A DNA stretch of 63,728 bases, filler included, from 11 parts of 11 records of this genome joined end to end with filler, not necessarily neighbours in it, one strand, 5' to 3'. Shown: positions 14,401 through 25,579, counted from the first letter of the whole stretch. Notes: a model not told the origin generated them from the sequence alone. Made by a program: numbers and translations.

Positions 14401-16022
14401 GTTTCAAAGCTGCATCAACAAGCCGAGCTGCAAGCGTTAGTGTGGGAGGAGACGAACTCGAGTTACACGGCTGGGCTGCAGCAGCTCGAAGAGGATCAGA
14501 TCGAGCTCCAGGCTATGGGACACACGTTACTCGGTTGGTCCGTTTATTTTGATCACAAAGATCTGGTGGACACGCTGTTGAAGCGCAAGGACCAGCTTGT
14601 TCCAGTGGCTCAGCTCGTCTGCGACTGGATTGGGTTTTGGGGTCACGTGTCACAAGCAGTGCATAAAGCTCTGTTGCAGCAAGCTCCAAAGGAGGCAGCG
14701 GAGCGTGCGATGGAGATCGCATCATGTGTGGCCAACGAGGCGCTGAACAAGGCGGCCATTGAATGCAAGATCCAAGCCGTGGTACCCCTCAGTAGTACTG
14801 GGGTTGACCCTCAATTTCCGCCCCAGCTGTGTTCGCTGTGCCCTCGTGAGCACGCTCAAGCAAACCATGCTCGCTACATGCAGGTCTATTGGCTCTGGCT
14901 GGTACGCACTCACCAGCGACGGGAACAGGTGAAATGGGTCCGTGCACCCGAGATCGACGGATTGCATTCCAACCCCAAGCGCGACTTGATCCCACCTGCG
15001 CCGGACGCGGTTCTGGAGCCCGGCAAGTTCGGTTCGTTATTCTATTGGAGCGCAATGCTGCTCACACTCGAAGGGCCTCTAGATGGCTACCGAATCATAC
15101 CCCGAAACAGCTCAGGTCGCTACCACAGCTCTCCATACTTGCTGTGTGTTGAGCTGTTGGCCAGGGCTGTATGCAGTGGAGCTTCCACGGCTGGGTGAGA
15201 TCTTGGTACGTCTGCCTTGGATTTGAGCATAATCTGTGTTAGGAATGTGCTTAAACATGACTTCTCACGGCATCATTGAGAGGTATTTGCGCAGGTTGAC
15301 GACTGGATGCCTTGTATCGACGATGTTCCAGCGTTTGGCAGTGCCGGTTCGCCTTCAGTATGGTGCAGCGATCTGGTTTCTTGAAGCCTGAGTTTTCGTA
15401 TGCAGGTCGCTCCTTGTCACAAAAGCATATGCGAAGTCTGTCGGTTCTTTTCACGAGCTTATGTCTATGAATTTGCTCGGCCTGCCAAATGAGGAAGCCT
15501 TCATAGAATGTGACAGTGTAGAGCGACTAGCCCTGAGGCCGTGTGTTCGGCTGGCGGACAAATTGACGGGTTGGCCACCGAGCAGAGCAGTCACCCCTCA
15601 ATGTGTGTCAACGGAGATTTTGGAGCAACCAAATGTGGAATTCCCCAGTCGAGAGCCCAACTCAACTCTGGTGCGATGCTTTAGTTGCAATTGCTGAAGT
15701 CTGACAGGTGGCGCGATACTGGGTCAGCTGCGGTCTTGAGAGAAAAGAGACAGCTCTGCATTGTTACCTAAGGACGGAGCGTGCATCAAAACTTAGAATG
15801 ACACTGTGCAACAAAACAAATGACGAACTGATGAAGACAGAATTAGAGAACGTGCGAGATCCAGTTTGCCTGGAGCTTGTATTTGAGGTGGGACATATAC
15901 TGAAGCATAATCCATTCAGCATTTGCTTTGAAGACAGAAGTGTACCACGATCTATGCACAATGGTCTTGACGTCATGTTTTGGAGCGACGACAAAAGCAT
16001 AATTGTACGAGAGCATCACTAG
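11425..16022 (+). CDS. Large protein: ankyrin-like + about 24-aa helical (MgtE-N/FliG-like) repeats + ankyrin + degenerate calpain (CysPc) domain
   Basis: The 1279-aa ORF continues through 3' introns. Calpain landmarks: DPQFP..SL, VKWVRAPEI, GLYAVEL..GE, VDDWMP, WSLLVTKAYAKSVGSFHEL. The last exon ends at TAG 16022. The junction at 15206-15294 is ambiguous. Confidence 0.75.
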
Positions 16023-16025
16023 ACA

Positions 16026-16086
16026 TCGCAACCGAAGACTCATTGTAGGATATTTCTCGCAACCGAAGACTCATTGTAGCATATTT
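16026..16086. repeat. 31-bp tandem duplication
   Basis: tcgcaaccgaagactcattgtag(g/c)atattt occurs twice, immediately after the stop codon. Confidence 0.9.
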
Positions 16087-16267
16087 ATAAGTTCAGGACT
16101 GTACATGTACATGACTGTATGTCGACTCTCACCATACATCAATGACATGACATAGAGCAAAATTATTAAACTACGCAGAGCTATTGTAACGCAGAGCTGC
16201 GCAGTACGAGTATATGAAATTGTATTCACCCTTTTATGATCGTCATTCATTTGAGCATGTAGTACTT

Positions 16268-16325
16268 ATACCTTATCGAGATCCTGAAGGAGCCCTTTCA
16301 TTTGAGCGCTTCGTACTCGTTCCAT
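16268..16325 (-). pseudogene. Degenerate relic copy of exon end 17025-17077
   Basis: Near-identical to the WNEDEALKGFLQDLEK exon end including the GTAT donor, with a 5-nt insertion and an in-frame TGA. Confidence 0.75.
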
Positions 16326-16425
16326 TTGTCCTGATCTCGTTCATGTGTGGTGCAGCGACATCAAGTGTCGATTTGCGTCCATGCACAAAGCTCTCAACTG
16401 AAGCATTATGTAGATTATCTGTTGA

Positions 16426-17217
16426 TCATTCTGGGTATGATGATGGTTCCTCTTCCGCGGATGCTTCCTCCTCTGAAGATCCAATCTGTGTCCAAACGTC
16501 CATGCTTTGCTTTTTGTATTCTTCTAATACCTGTTCAGAAATAGCATGTTAACGGCGGGCAAGGGAGACCTGTTCGTCAGTCATTGCTTCTACTTCTGTG
16601 TTCTTCCCAGCCCATGTGCCCACTAAAAGCCCTTGGCGTGCCTGGTCGGCTGGCACCTACCACAACCGGTATTACATTGACAAGATAGCGACAGGTCAGA
16701 GCTACCGCTTCAATCTCGGCAAGGAAACCAGCCAGAGCCTTTGTCTTTAACCGCAGTATCTTCTATCCCCACGAGCATGTCGTCCCACTTTTCCGGGGAG
16801 TTTCCCATTTCTGCCCACAGAGCGAGGCTCTGGTGTTTGAATGCGGTCATCACCTGCTCGAAGCGGTCATCGCCCGCACGGGCCTCTAGCCAGTGCCTGC
16901 TCGTCAGTCAGAGCCTCGATCTCCTGTGGCTTGCCTTTGTACTCGCCGCCCAGCAAGGCAGTTCTCGCAGTGCTGATTGGTATCTGTCGCCGGGACTGTT
17001 AGGCGCGTGGACGTCGTTCGGCCCATACCTTCTCGAGATCCTGAAGGAACCCTTTAAGCGCTTCGTCCTCGTTCCATACAGGCTTATCTTCGCCCTCAGC
17101 CGGTTTCTCGCGTGCCGCGGCTGCCACCTCGGGCAGTGGGGGGGCGGCATCGGCCTTGCTGCTGCCGGGCTGTGTGGGGCTAGCTGCTGCCGCCTGCGCG
17201 GACGACCCACACCCCAT
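16426..17217 (-). CDS. Small protein with MGCGSS N-terminus (predicted myristoylation/palmitoylation) and two internal repeats; 5 introns
   Basis: Introns 16984-17028, 16854-16896, 16739-16772, 16657-16705 and 16531-16569 give two aligned copies of W...AL.GFL..(L/I)E..P...AR..LL.G...GK..E.EA.TDEQV....K.QS...W..(M/I)G. Confidence 0.8.
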
Positions 17218-17337
17218 GCTCCCGGGGTGCCGACTATTCCAGGCCAAGTGACTTTACTTGTATTTTTTAATCTAACCACCTGGACAAGTACAAGATTATG
17301 ATTACTGTAAATACCGGTAGTCCGGTACTGTAATCTC

Positions 17338-19572
17338 ATGCGAGGCGGTGGGCTGGCGCTGCTGCTCTGGGCTGCGGCCAGCGCGGAGCATCACCCAGTG
17401 CACACCGAACCGCCGCTGCGCTGGTCACGCTACCCACGCGCCGTGCCCACGCGCGGCGTTCCCGATGGCCCGCTGACCGGGAATGGGGACTTGGGGCTCA
17501 CCATCGGCCAACGGGTGGCCGCTGGCCGGCCGATCGGACGTCCCGGGTTCCGTCCCGCCGACAACGGCAGCGGTCTTGGGCTATTTCTGGGGAAGAACGA
17601 CTTTTGGGGCTGGCCGGGGGCGGTGACTTACCACGCGTCCTTCCAGCATTTCGCACCCGGATACCTGTCGCTCGGGCTGGCCGACAGCTCCGGCGCCGAC
17701 CGGCCGCTGCCTCAGTTCAGCGGGTCGATGGAGCTGGCCAACGGACGATTGGAGGCCTCGGCGTACGATTCCAACGGATACGCGCTCCGGCTGGCGGCGG
17801 TGGTGGCCAGCTCGCGCAACACCGTGCTCGCCAACCTGACCGCGCTCTGCCCGGCGGGAGAGGAGTCCGCGCGGGTCTGGGTCAACCTTTCAACGGACAC
17901 CACCTTCGAGATGCCGGTCCGAGCTGCGGCCGGCAACGGCACGCTGCGGCTGACCAAACTGAACGTACGCGACGGAGGGCTCAGTCAGCCGGTGCTCGTC
18001 CCCTGCAGCCCGGACCAGATTATTTACAATTCACTGCGCAAGTTCGAATTTTCCAACGGAAATATTCGTGCCCGGAATGGCACTGGCCGGGTCTGCTTTT
18101 CTGCGCCGGGTGCTGATGGGAGGGTGGTGGGTCAGCCGTGTGACGAGCTATCGACAGCGTGGCAGCTTGCTGACGGTAGGATCAGCACGCAGCAGGCCGG
18201 GGTGCGGCTATGCCTTCAGGTGGAGGTTGTGGAGACCAATGGCACGCGCTGTCCAGGTGGCGAGTTGAGCTATTACACCGACCCATCGCCGACCGGGGCC
18301 TGCCAATCGTGCAACTACACTGTCCAGGTCTCAGCCAACTGCTCCTCGCCCTCGGCCCAGTGGGCTTTCGACCCATCCACCGGGTTTCTCGCGAGCAGGG
18401 CTGTACACGGCAAGTGCCTCGCCGCTGTGCCACCGCGGCTGGTCAATGCGGTGAGCGTGACAGCTCGTGTGGCGCCTGGCGCTGTGCTCCAGTACGAGCA
18501 GACAGAGCAGATGGCCGGAGAAGCGGTGCTCGTGCCTTGCAATCGTAGCGTCAGGCTCACCATCGGCGTGGCCTCGCAGCGTGACGCTGGCGGTACAATA
18601 GTGGACGCAGAGGCGCTTTCAGCTCGGAATGCAGTTGTGCCGGACGCACGAGGTTTGATCATTGAGCACGGAGTGTGGTGGCAGGAGTGGTGGGAGCGCT
18701 CATCAGTAGAGCTCGGTGGATGGACAGCGCTCCAGCGGTACTACTACACGATGCTTTACCTGGCGAGGTGCGCCATGGCGATGGGCAAGGTGGCGCCAGG
18801 GCTGTGGGGCCCTTTTACTATCACCGATTTCTCTGGATGGAGTGATCAGATGACGTTAGACTATAACTTCATGGCCAATTACTTTTCAATCGCTACAGCC
18901 AACAGACCGGAGCTGATAGAGTCGTACGCCGCCACCATTCTAGACTCCAGGCTTGTACAGCTCGCCAAGCAGCGTGCACGTTTGAATGATTGGTCTAAAG
19001 GCGGCTGGCCAGACCAATTCGGCGCTGAGGTGATGGGGATGAGCTGCGGGCCAACAGTCGACTGGGACCACGACAGCGGCTGCCCTAAAGGTTTTGGCGG
19101 CTTCGCCGGACTGGCATTTGTGAGCTGCACTGGCCCTTTTGACGGGATGGCGTGTTGCTTTGATGACGGCACCAGGTTTGTGGCGCCAACTTGTGGCCAC
19201 CCCGCTCATTTCGTACTACGAATCTACCCTGGACTGGCGATTCCTACAGAACCGTCTGTTCCCATACCTGATTGACGTGGCTAGCTTCTACACGAGCTAT
19301 GCAGTATGGGATGACGGTGCTTACTCTCTGCCTTATACGTGTGCGCAGGAGATTTGCATGGGGCCTTCCAACCGCAGCGCCAACCAGTCGTGGCATGAGG
19401 CTGAGCACAACGCGCATCAGGACATGGCCTATTCCAGGATGGTTTACACAAAGCTTTTGAATTATACCAGCCCGACCAGCCCGCACAATGCCTCAGCATC
19501 GCCCGCGCAACGAGCAGAGTGGCAAAGTATGCTCGATCATCTCGGCCCGTTCCCCATCCAAACCTCCGCTCT
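17338..19572 (+). CDS. Secreted GH95-like glycoside hydrolase with a ricin-B-like Cys/Trp segment; 3' truncated; +1 frameshift near 19186
   Basis: Signal peptide; GPLTGNGDLG..GKNDFW, HGVWWQEWWERSSV, APGLWGP..W..TLDYNFMANY, FPYLIDVASFY. Confidence 0.7.
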
Positions 19573-19672
19573 NNNNNNNNNNNNNNNNNNNNNNNNNNNN
19601 NNNNNNNNNNNNNNNNTTAATTAATTAANNNNNNNNNNNNNNNNNNNNNNNNNNNNNNNNNNNNNNNNNNNN
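19573..19672. other. Artificial contig linker
   Basis: N44-TTAATTAATTAA-N44. Confidence 0.99.
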
Positions 19673-19730
19673 CATATGGCAATACTGCAGCTAAAGGGTT
19701 AAGTCCTCCCGGTGCGTTGATAACGGATTC

Positions 19731-20570
19731 ATGGCAGCCGGGGAGGAGACCAACGCGACGACCGGGGAGGCCAACGCGACGACCGGCTGCTGCCCGCCGG
19801 GCTCGCTGCCGTACTTGAGCTCCGACTACCTGCCGCGCGGCTCGACCACAGAAACCAACGGTGTCGAGCTCTACGTGACGGGCGATCAGCAGGCCGAGAA
19901 GGCGTTGCTGCTCTGCCCCGACGTCTGGGGATGGGCCGGTGGAAGGGTCAGAGCAGTGGCGGACGGGTTTGCTGACCGGGGGTACTTTGTGGCTGTGGCC
20001 AAGCTCCTCGCCCCTGGGCTGGACGGAGGGACCGAGGGCGACGCGCTGCCGCCGGATGGTGCGTTCTCGATGGATTGGATCAAAGGTTTCCCCTGGACTA
20101 AGCAGAAGCCTAAAGTCGACGCCGCTCTCTCCTTCCTGCGGGCGAACGGCGCCACCCGGATCGGCGTGCTCGGGTTCTGTTACGGTGGCCATCCCTGCTG
20201 CTGGGCCTCGGCGGAGAATCCGGACGTCCTGGCGGCGGTGGTGTTCCACCCTTCGATCCAGCTGGAGTCGTTCGCGTTCGAGGGCGACTGTGAGGCGCTG
20301 CTCAAGCGCGTCCAGTGCCCGGTCATGCTCCAACCGGCCGGGAATGATCTACCCATGTGGGCTGAGGACTCGGATTACGGCAAAGCGCTCCGGGGCTCTG
20401 CAAAGGGGTCTGAGTGCGAATGGAGGCCGTTCGCTGAGATGACGCACGGCTGGACATGCCGGGGCGATCTGTCGGAGCCGGCTGTGGCCCGCGATGTGGC
20501 AGGGGCCATGGAGGAAGCCAATGCCTTCCTCGAAAAGCACATGAACGGTGAGCAGCAAGCGGCATTGTGA
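19731..20570 (+). CDS. Dienelactone hydrolase family protein (intronless)
   Basis: PDVWG, nucleophile elbow GFCYGG, FHPS, AGND, THGW. Confidence 0.9.
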   Translation: MAAGEETNATTGEANATTGCCPPGSLPYLSSDYLPRGSTTETNGVELYVTGDQQAEKALLLCPDVWGWAGGRVRAVADGFADRGYFVAVAKLLAPGLDGGTEGDALPPDGAFSMDWIKGFPWTKQKPKVDAALSFLRANGATRIGVLGFCYGGHPCCWASAENPDVLAAVVFHPSIQLESFAFEGDCEALLKRVQCPVMLQPAGNDLPMWAEDSDYGKALRGSAKGSECEWRPFAEMTHGWTCRGDLSEPAVARDVAGAMEEANAFLEKHMNGEQQAAL

Positions 20571-20792
20571 ACTATGAAATGTGAGGAATCAACTGAGAGC
20601 GTAATGACTTACTATCTCAGCAAGTAGTAATGTATACTTACATTGTGAATACATTGGCAGCATAGGTTAGTAATAGGTTAGGCGATGCTCTAAACATTTG
20701 AGATCTCAATATAACCATATGATGGAGGGATCTTGCGATGACCTCTTGCTTTACTCTTGCTGCCTAGTCACGGTCATGTCATTAACCACCTG

Positions 20793-23767
20793 TCACACCA
20801 CAGAAACTGCGAACGAGAAGCTGCCAGGCAAGACATTTAATTCGATCACTGGCCCCTGCTTTGTGAACTTTGCAGCTGCGACCAGTTGCTGTTCAGACGA
20901 GGTTTGTGCTTGGAGGTTCAAGCCACCGTCCCAGATGAGTTTGCTATCCAAATGGACCTTTACTTGATTGCCAGCATGGCCAAGCAACGGCACGTGGATG
21001 GTGGCTTTGTTGACTCCTGCCGGAATGTCCACAGTGAGCCGCAGTATCTGTGAGCCATTCGTGGCAGCTTGCCCTGCAGCGCTTGTTGGGTCCAAGAGGC
21101 GAGTCCAGTGAGACCGTATTGTGCCTCTAACGGTGCGAATTGAGGCGTCGATGGTGGACGGCCCAACGGTCTTCGAGATCACGGGCTTGATATCCACAGT
21201 CGCATAGCCAGGTGAAGTCGGGACCACGCCCGCAAGGTATTCATACATCCATTCGCCCACACCGCCACACAGGAAAATGTGGTTCCTAGTTGGAGTTGGT
21301 GGGTGCGAGCCATCGGGATGACCAGACCAATTCTCCTGCAGCCAACCACACTCAGGAAAGGAGCACGAAAGCGGCACATACCCAGCAGGTGGTTGCACCC
21401 TGAGCCAGCCAGTAGCCCCATGACGGCTGAGTGGTCTGCATGGCAAGCCGCAGAGCTGTTTCGTGCTTGCCCTCCTGGCTCAGTATACGGAGCAGCCACT
21501 TCTGGCCGGCACTGCCAACGGTGAGGTGATAGCCTCGAGAGACGACATCGCGATTAAGCGCGTTCACCGCAGCCGCTCGCTGCGCTGCTGTTCCGACACC
21601 GGCTCCAAGGGAGAGCGCAGTGAGTGTCTGTAATTCCAGGGGATCCTTCGCCCACGTCTGCGCACTCGGGTTCCAGAAACGACTGTCGTATACTTGGCTC
21701 AGCTTCCGGTAGGTCATATTGTAGTAAGCCGCTTCGGCAGAGTGCCCAAGCTGTGTGCCAATCGACGTCATTGACTGCAACGCGAGGAGAAAATTGGCGG
21801 CGGCTGCCTGCGCGCCAGTGCCTGGAGTGCACGCGCTCCTGTCCTGCACCGCGCACCAGTCTCCATGGGTCCAAAAGTCGGGAAGGCCGCCTTGAGACAT
21901 GTTGTGCGCCACTCGGAGCTGGCTGTCCACGTAGGTTTTAATCGAAACCCAGTGCTCGTTGACGGCATCAGTGGCCCCGTAGTACTTGAGCAGCCAACCG
22001 GCACTGAGCGGATACGCGGCTGTCCAGGAGATGTCGAGCCCATTCGATTGGCCGGTTGGTCCCGGCTTCGCTGCCGACGCTCTACCTGCAATTAAGCGCA
22101 AATCACGCCAGTGCTAATGGCAGTGATGCCTGGGACAACTTCAGCCACAAAGCCGGCATTTGCGCCCGCGTCGAGCTGGGAGTCTCGTGTCTGGGACAGG
22201 AATAGCCCGAAGATGGCGGGGCTCCACAAGTTGTACATGGCCTCCTCTGCAGTCACTTGCATGTCACCTAGAGCCAACACATGAGAGGATCCAGCGACCA
22301 CGCACCGAGCCAGCCGTGCTTCTCGCGGGTTGGACAGTCCGTCGGCATAAAGCCGGCCAGGTTCGAGATCTGCGAAGCCTTTGTGATGTCGCGGATCCCT
22401 GAGAGCACTGCAGCACCGGGGCCACCGAACTCAATTGTAGCAGCCTCCTTCAGGTTGGCCGTCGACCAGTGAGCGGTGAGCGAGTTAACAGTTGGAATAA
22501 ACTCAACCCCTGGACTAGGGGCCACCAGCACATACTGGAAGCCGTGCCAGGTGAACCGTGGGGACAGCGGCGAGCTCGCAGTAGACTGAGGTAAGATGAA
22601 CGTGTCACAGCCATTCAGAGCGCACCTGGGGAGCGGTGAAGGGAACGGCGGCATTCCGAACGGGATGCAGCCCCCGGCTGTGTGGTTCCAGTTCTCGCAG
22701 TATTCGAGGGTTAGGTTACCGGCTCCTGTGAAGGCAGTGGGAGCCACAGATGCGTGCCCTACGATGTTAGCAGGGAATTCATAGAGGTAAGTTCCTGGCC
22801 GCTGCGGTACATGCGTCACACTGAGCGGTTTGATCGCGCCGCGAGTCGTCGCGTAGGGAGCTGGCAACGGAAACAGCTCCCCTTGCGGGATGTAGCCGGG
22901 GTTTGGCGGGGCCTTGTTGGCAGGGGCCCAGCCGTCAGATTCATTGAGCGATAAGTCTATCGTGCTTCCATGCCACGGGTCGTCAGCTAGGACAGGTCCA
23001 GCCCGGCCCTCGATCGCAGGCGAGCCGGAGCCAAGCAGCACCTCCACTCCGCTGGGGCTCTCCCGCAGCAGCAAGAGCTTGGCAGCGGGGGCTTTCCCTG
23101 CGCCATGTGCCTGTGGCGAAGTCCAGAAACCGCCACCGCAAGTGATGACAATGTCCATCGCGCCCGAGCCGGGGAGCGCGTAGCTGATGTACGGCACCGA
23201 TTTGCCGTTGTCGGCCCACAGCATTACGCCGACAGGGTCCCCGATGGCGGCGCCGTTCAGTTCGACCGTTGCCCCACCGGGCGAGGCCACGTGCAGCTTG
23301 ATACTGCCTGCTCCGGCCTGCGACCGGCCGATCCGGATCCGGAACTGACGCTGCGACCCACCGCCCAGCCACTGCGCATCCCCCCACTGAGCGGCGGTGA
23401 GTGCCGTGTCAAAGCTTGAGCTCGAGTTGGCCGAACCGACCGTGCCGTTCCAGTACATCGCCGTCCAACGGTAGGAGCTACCCGGAGCCAGGGCCACGCC
23501 GCACCGCACGGCCGTGGGGGTCCCGCTGACCCGGCCCGAGTCCCAGACCGGGGCCCCGGCGAGGTTGGCAAGCAGGATCCTGTAGTGGCTGATCCTTTGG
23601 GCCGTGGTGCTGAATGAGAAGGAGGGGGAGGCGCTGGCAACGAGGACGAGCGGGGCGGGCTGCGGCTCGAGCAGGTCGACCAGCAGGTTGGACGGGGCCG
23701 GCAGTAGGCCGGAGGAGACCGCCGTCAAGCTCAGCCACAACACTCGGAGAACACCGTGCCCGGTCAT
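20793..23767 (-). CDS. Secreted alpha-L-rhamnosidase (GH78), 3 introns
   Basis: Signal peptide; PRFTWHGFQYV, PTDCPTREKHGWLG|DMQ, HGDWC, PSWGYWLAQGATTCW|ENW, RNHIFLCG. Confidence 0.9.
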
Positions 23768-23791
23768 TTTTGCCGTTGCTGTCGGTTGAGG

Positions 23792-24424
23792 ATGGCCCAC
23801 CGCTTGGGGGCGAGCTGGTGGGCTGCATGCGTGCTGCTGCTGCTGCCGGCGGCCAAGGCGGATTGCAACGGGTGCGTGAACAACGGCGAGATTGCACTAG
23901 ACGGCGACAGCGGCGACCAGTGTTACGCGTGGACTGGCTCGTGCGGGACTTTCGAGCAGAAATCAAACTGCTGGATGGATAGCTTCAGCGCAGGCTACTA
24001 TGAGTACACCAACACCTGCTGGGCCGAGCAAGCCACCGCATGCTGCGACACCAATACCGGCCTGGTCTGCCGCCGCCTCTGCTGGGGCACTGATCTGCCA
24101 CAGGTGATCGGGCTGATCAGCGGGATCGCGGGCATCTGTCTGTTTTGTTTGGGAGTGGCTGTGTGCTGCTGGTGGCGCAAGAAGAAGCCGTCGTCCCTCG
24201 ACGAGGAAAGCGAGCAGCCCGGGACCAACCGGATCTCGGCGGCCCACTTCCGGGCTTCGTTTGCAGACTCGGTAGTGATCCAGCACCCCGGCCCGTCACC
24301 CATACAGCACCCGGTCTTCCCGGCACCCCCGCCCCCCCCGGCGTATACAGAGGGCACGCCCGTAGTAGTTTGCACCGAGCCCACGTCAGATACTGCCGTC
24401 CCGAGCAAATTAGACAACGCCTAA
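23792..24424 (+). CDS. Cys-rich single-pass membrane protein with a cytosolic PPxY motif
   Basis: Signal peptide, Cys-rich ectodomain, TM helix followed by CCWWRKKK, and PPPPAY. Probable in-frame 39-nt intron before the TM. Confidence 0.7.
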   Translation: MAHRLGASWWAACVLLLLPAAKADCNGCVNNGEIALDGDSGDQCYAWTGSCGTFEQKSNCWMDSFSAGYYEYTNTCWAEQATACCDTNTGLVCRRLCWGTDLPQVIGLISGIAGICLFCLGVAVCCWWRKKKPSSLDEESEQPGTNRISAAHFRASFADSVVIQHPGPSPIQHPVFPAPPPPPAYTEGTPVVVCTEPTSDTAVPSKLDNA

Positions 24425-24535
24425 TAATGCTCGCAGTGTATCGGTGTATCGACTTGATTATTGTCGAGACCAAAGAAAGCGCCGAAATAATAGAGACCTT
24501 GATTTAATATAACATCTAACATCTAAGCTGTAATT

Positions 24536-25574
24536 CTACTCGGGAATCGGGCCCATCCGTGCCTCAACCGCTTCGGGATTGTCATACTTGTTCTCAGCTT
24601 CTTTCAGCTCGGCGGTGTTCTGTATCCTAAATACCTCAGCCACCGGCACAATATTGACCGGGGCGGTGCCATCCTCCACGGTGGCCAGACTCTGCTTCTC
24701 GTAGATCTCCTTGGTCACTTGCTGCATCGCATGTACAGACGCGCGCATGTTGTGGTTGGCCCAGATAACTGCCGACACGCCCATGTCCTTGAACTTCTGG
24801 ACAGGCACCGTCGGATACTTGGTGGGCACGATCACCACCGGGCAACGGTCCCCCCACTCGGCCATGAACTCGGCGATGTCCGTGTCGTCCTTCTTTTTGC
24901 TGTGGCATAGGATCGCGTCAGCTCCTGCCCGATGGTATGCGTCGGCACGCTTGACCGCTTCCTCGAGCCCATACCCTGTGATGAAGGCCTCGAGCCGGGC
25001 CACCACCATGAAGTCTGGGTCTGGCTGGGCGTCCTTGCACGCCATGATCTTCCCACAGAACTCTGCGATATCGGCCAGCGGCTGGAGCTCCCCGTCGATA
25101 AACGAGTTGGTCTTGGGGAATAGCTTGTCCTCCAGGCAGACCCCGGCAACGTCCACCCGGTCGAGCTTGCCGATCAGCCGCCGGGCGTTGTTGAAGTTGC
25201 CGTAGCCGGTGTCGCCGTCCAGTAGGATCGGAATGTCGGTGCTCTCCGTCATAAAGTCCATCACGTCCAGCACTTGCGTCCAGCTGGCCTCGTTGTTGTC
25301 CCGCACACCCAGCGCCGCCGAGATCGACAGCCCGCTCGCCCAGATCGCCTTGAACCCCGCTTCCTGCACGATCTTGGCCGACAGGCCGTTGTGCGCCTCC
25401 ATCAAGTAGCCCAGTTCCTGCCGGCGCGGTCGGCCCGGGCTGGGACGGCCGGCGCACCTTGGACTCGAAGAGCTCCCGGAGCTGGGTGGTCTTCTTCTTG
25501 CCCGCAGCACTGCTCTGCCACCGCCGCCCCATGCAGCCGAGTGACCGCGCCTGCACTGCCGCGCGTGTCAGCAT
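24536..25574 (-). CDS. pepM: Phosphoenolpyruvate mutase with an N-terminal presequence
   Basis: [27 protein letters not shown] and the diagnostic [10 protein letters not shown]. One 40-nt GT-AG intron at 25418-25457. Confidence 0.95.
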
Positions 25575-25579
25575 GTTCG

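Noticed and set aside
15200..16022. Lower-GC stretch as a transposon or viral remnant
   Set aside because: Explained as spliced 3' exons of the upstream pseudo-calpain gene
16742..16781. GACA direct repeats as the target-site duplication of an introner-like insertion
   Set aside because: Removing the 36 nt does not restore the frame; an ordinary 34-nt GT-AG intron (16739-16772) does
17338..25574. GH95-like, hydrolase, GH78 and pepM as a metabolic gene cluster
   Set aside because: The span crosses a linker at 19573, no other phosphonate genes are adjacent, and pepM sits at a contig edge
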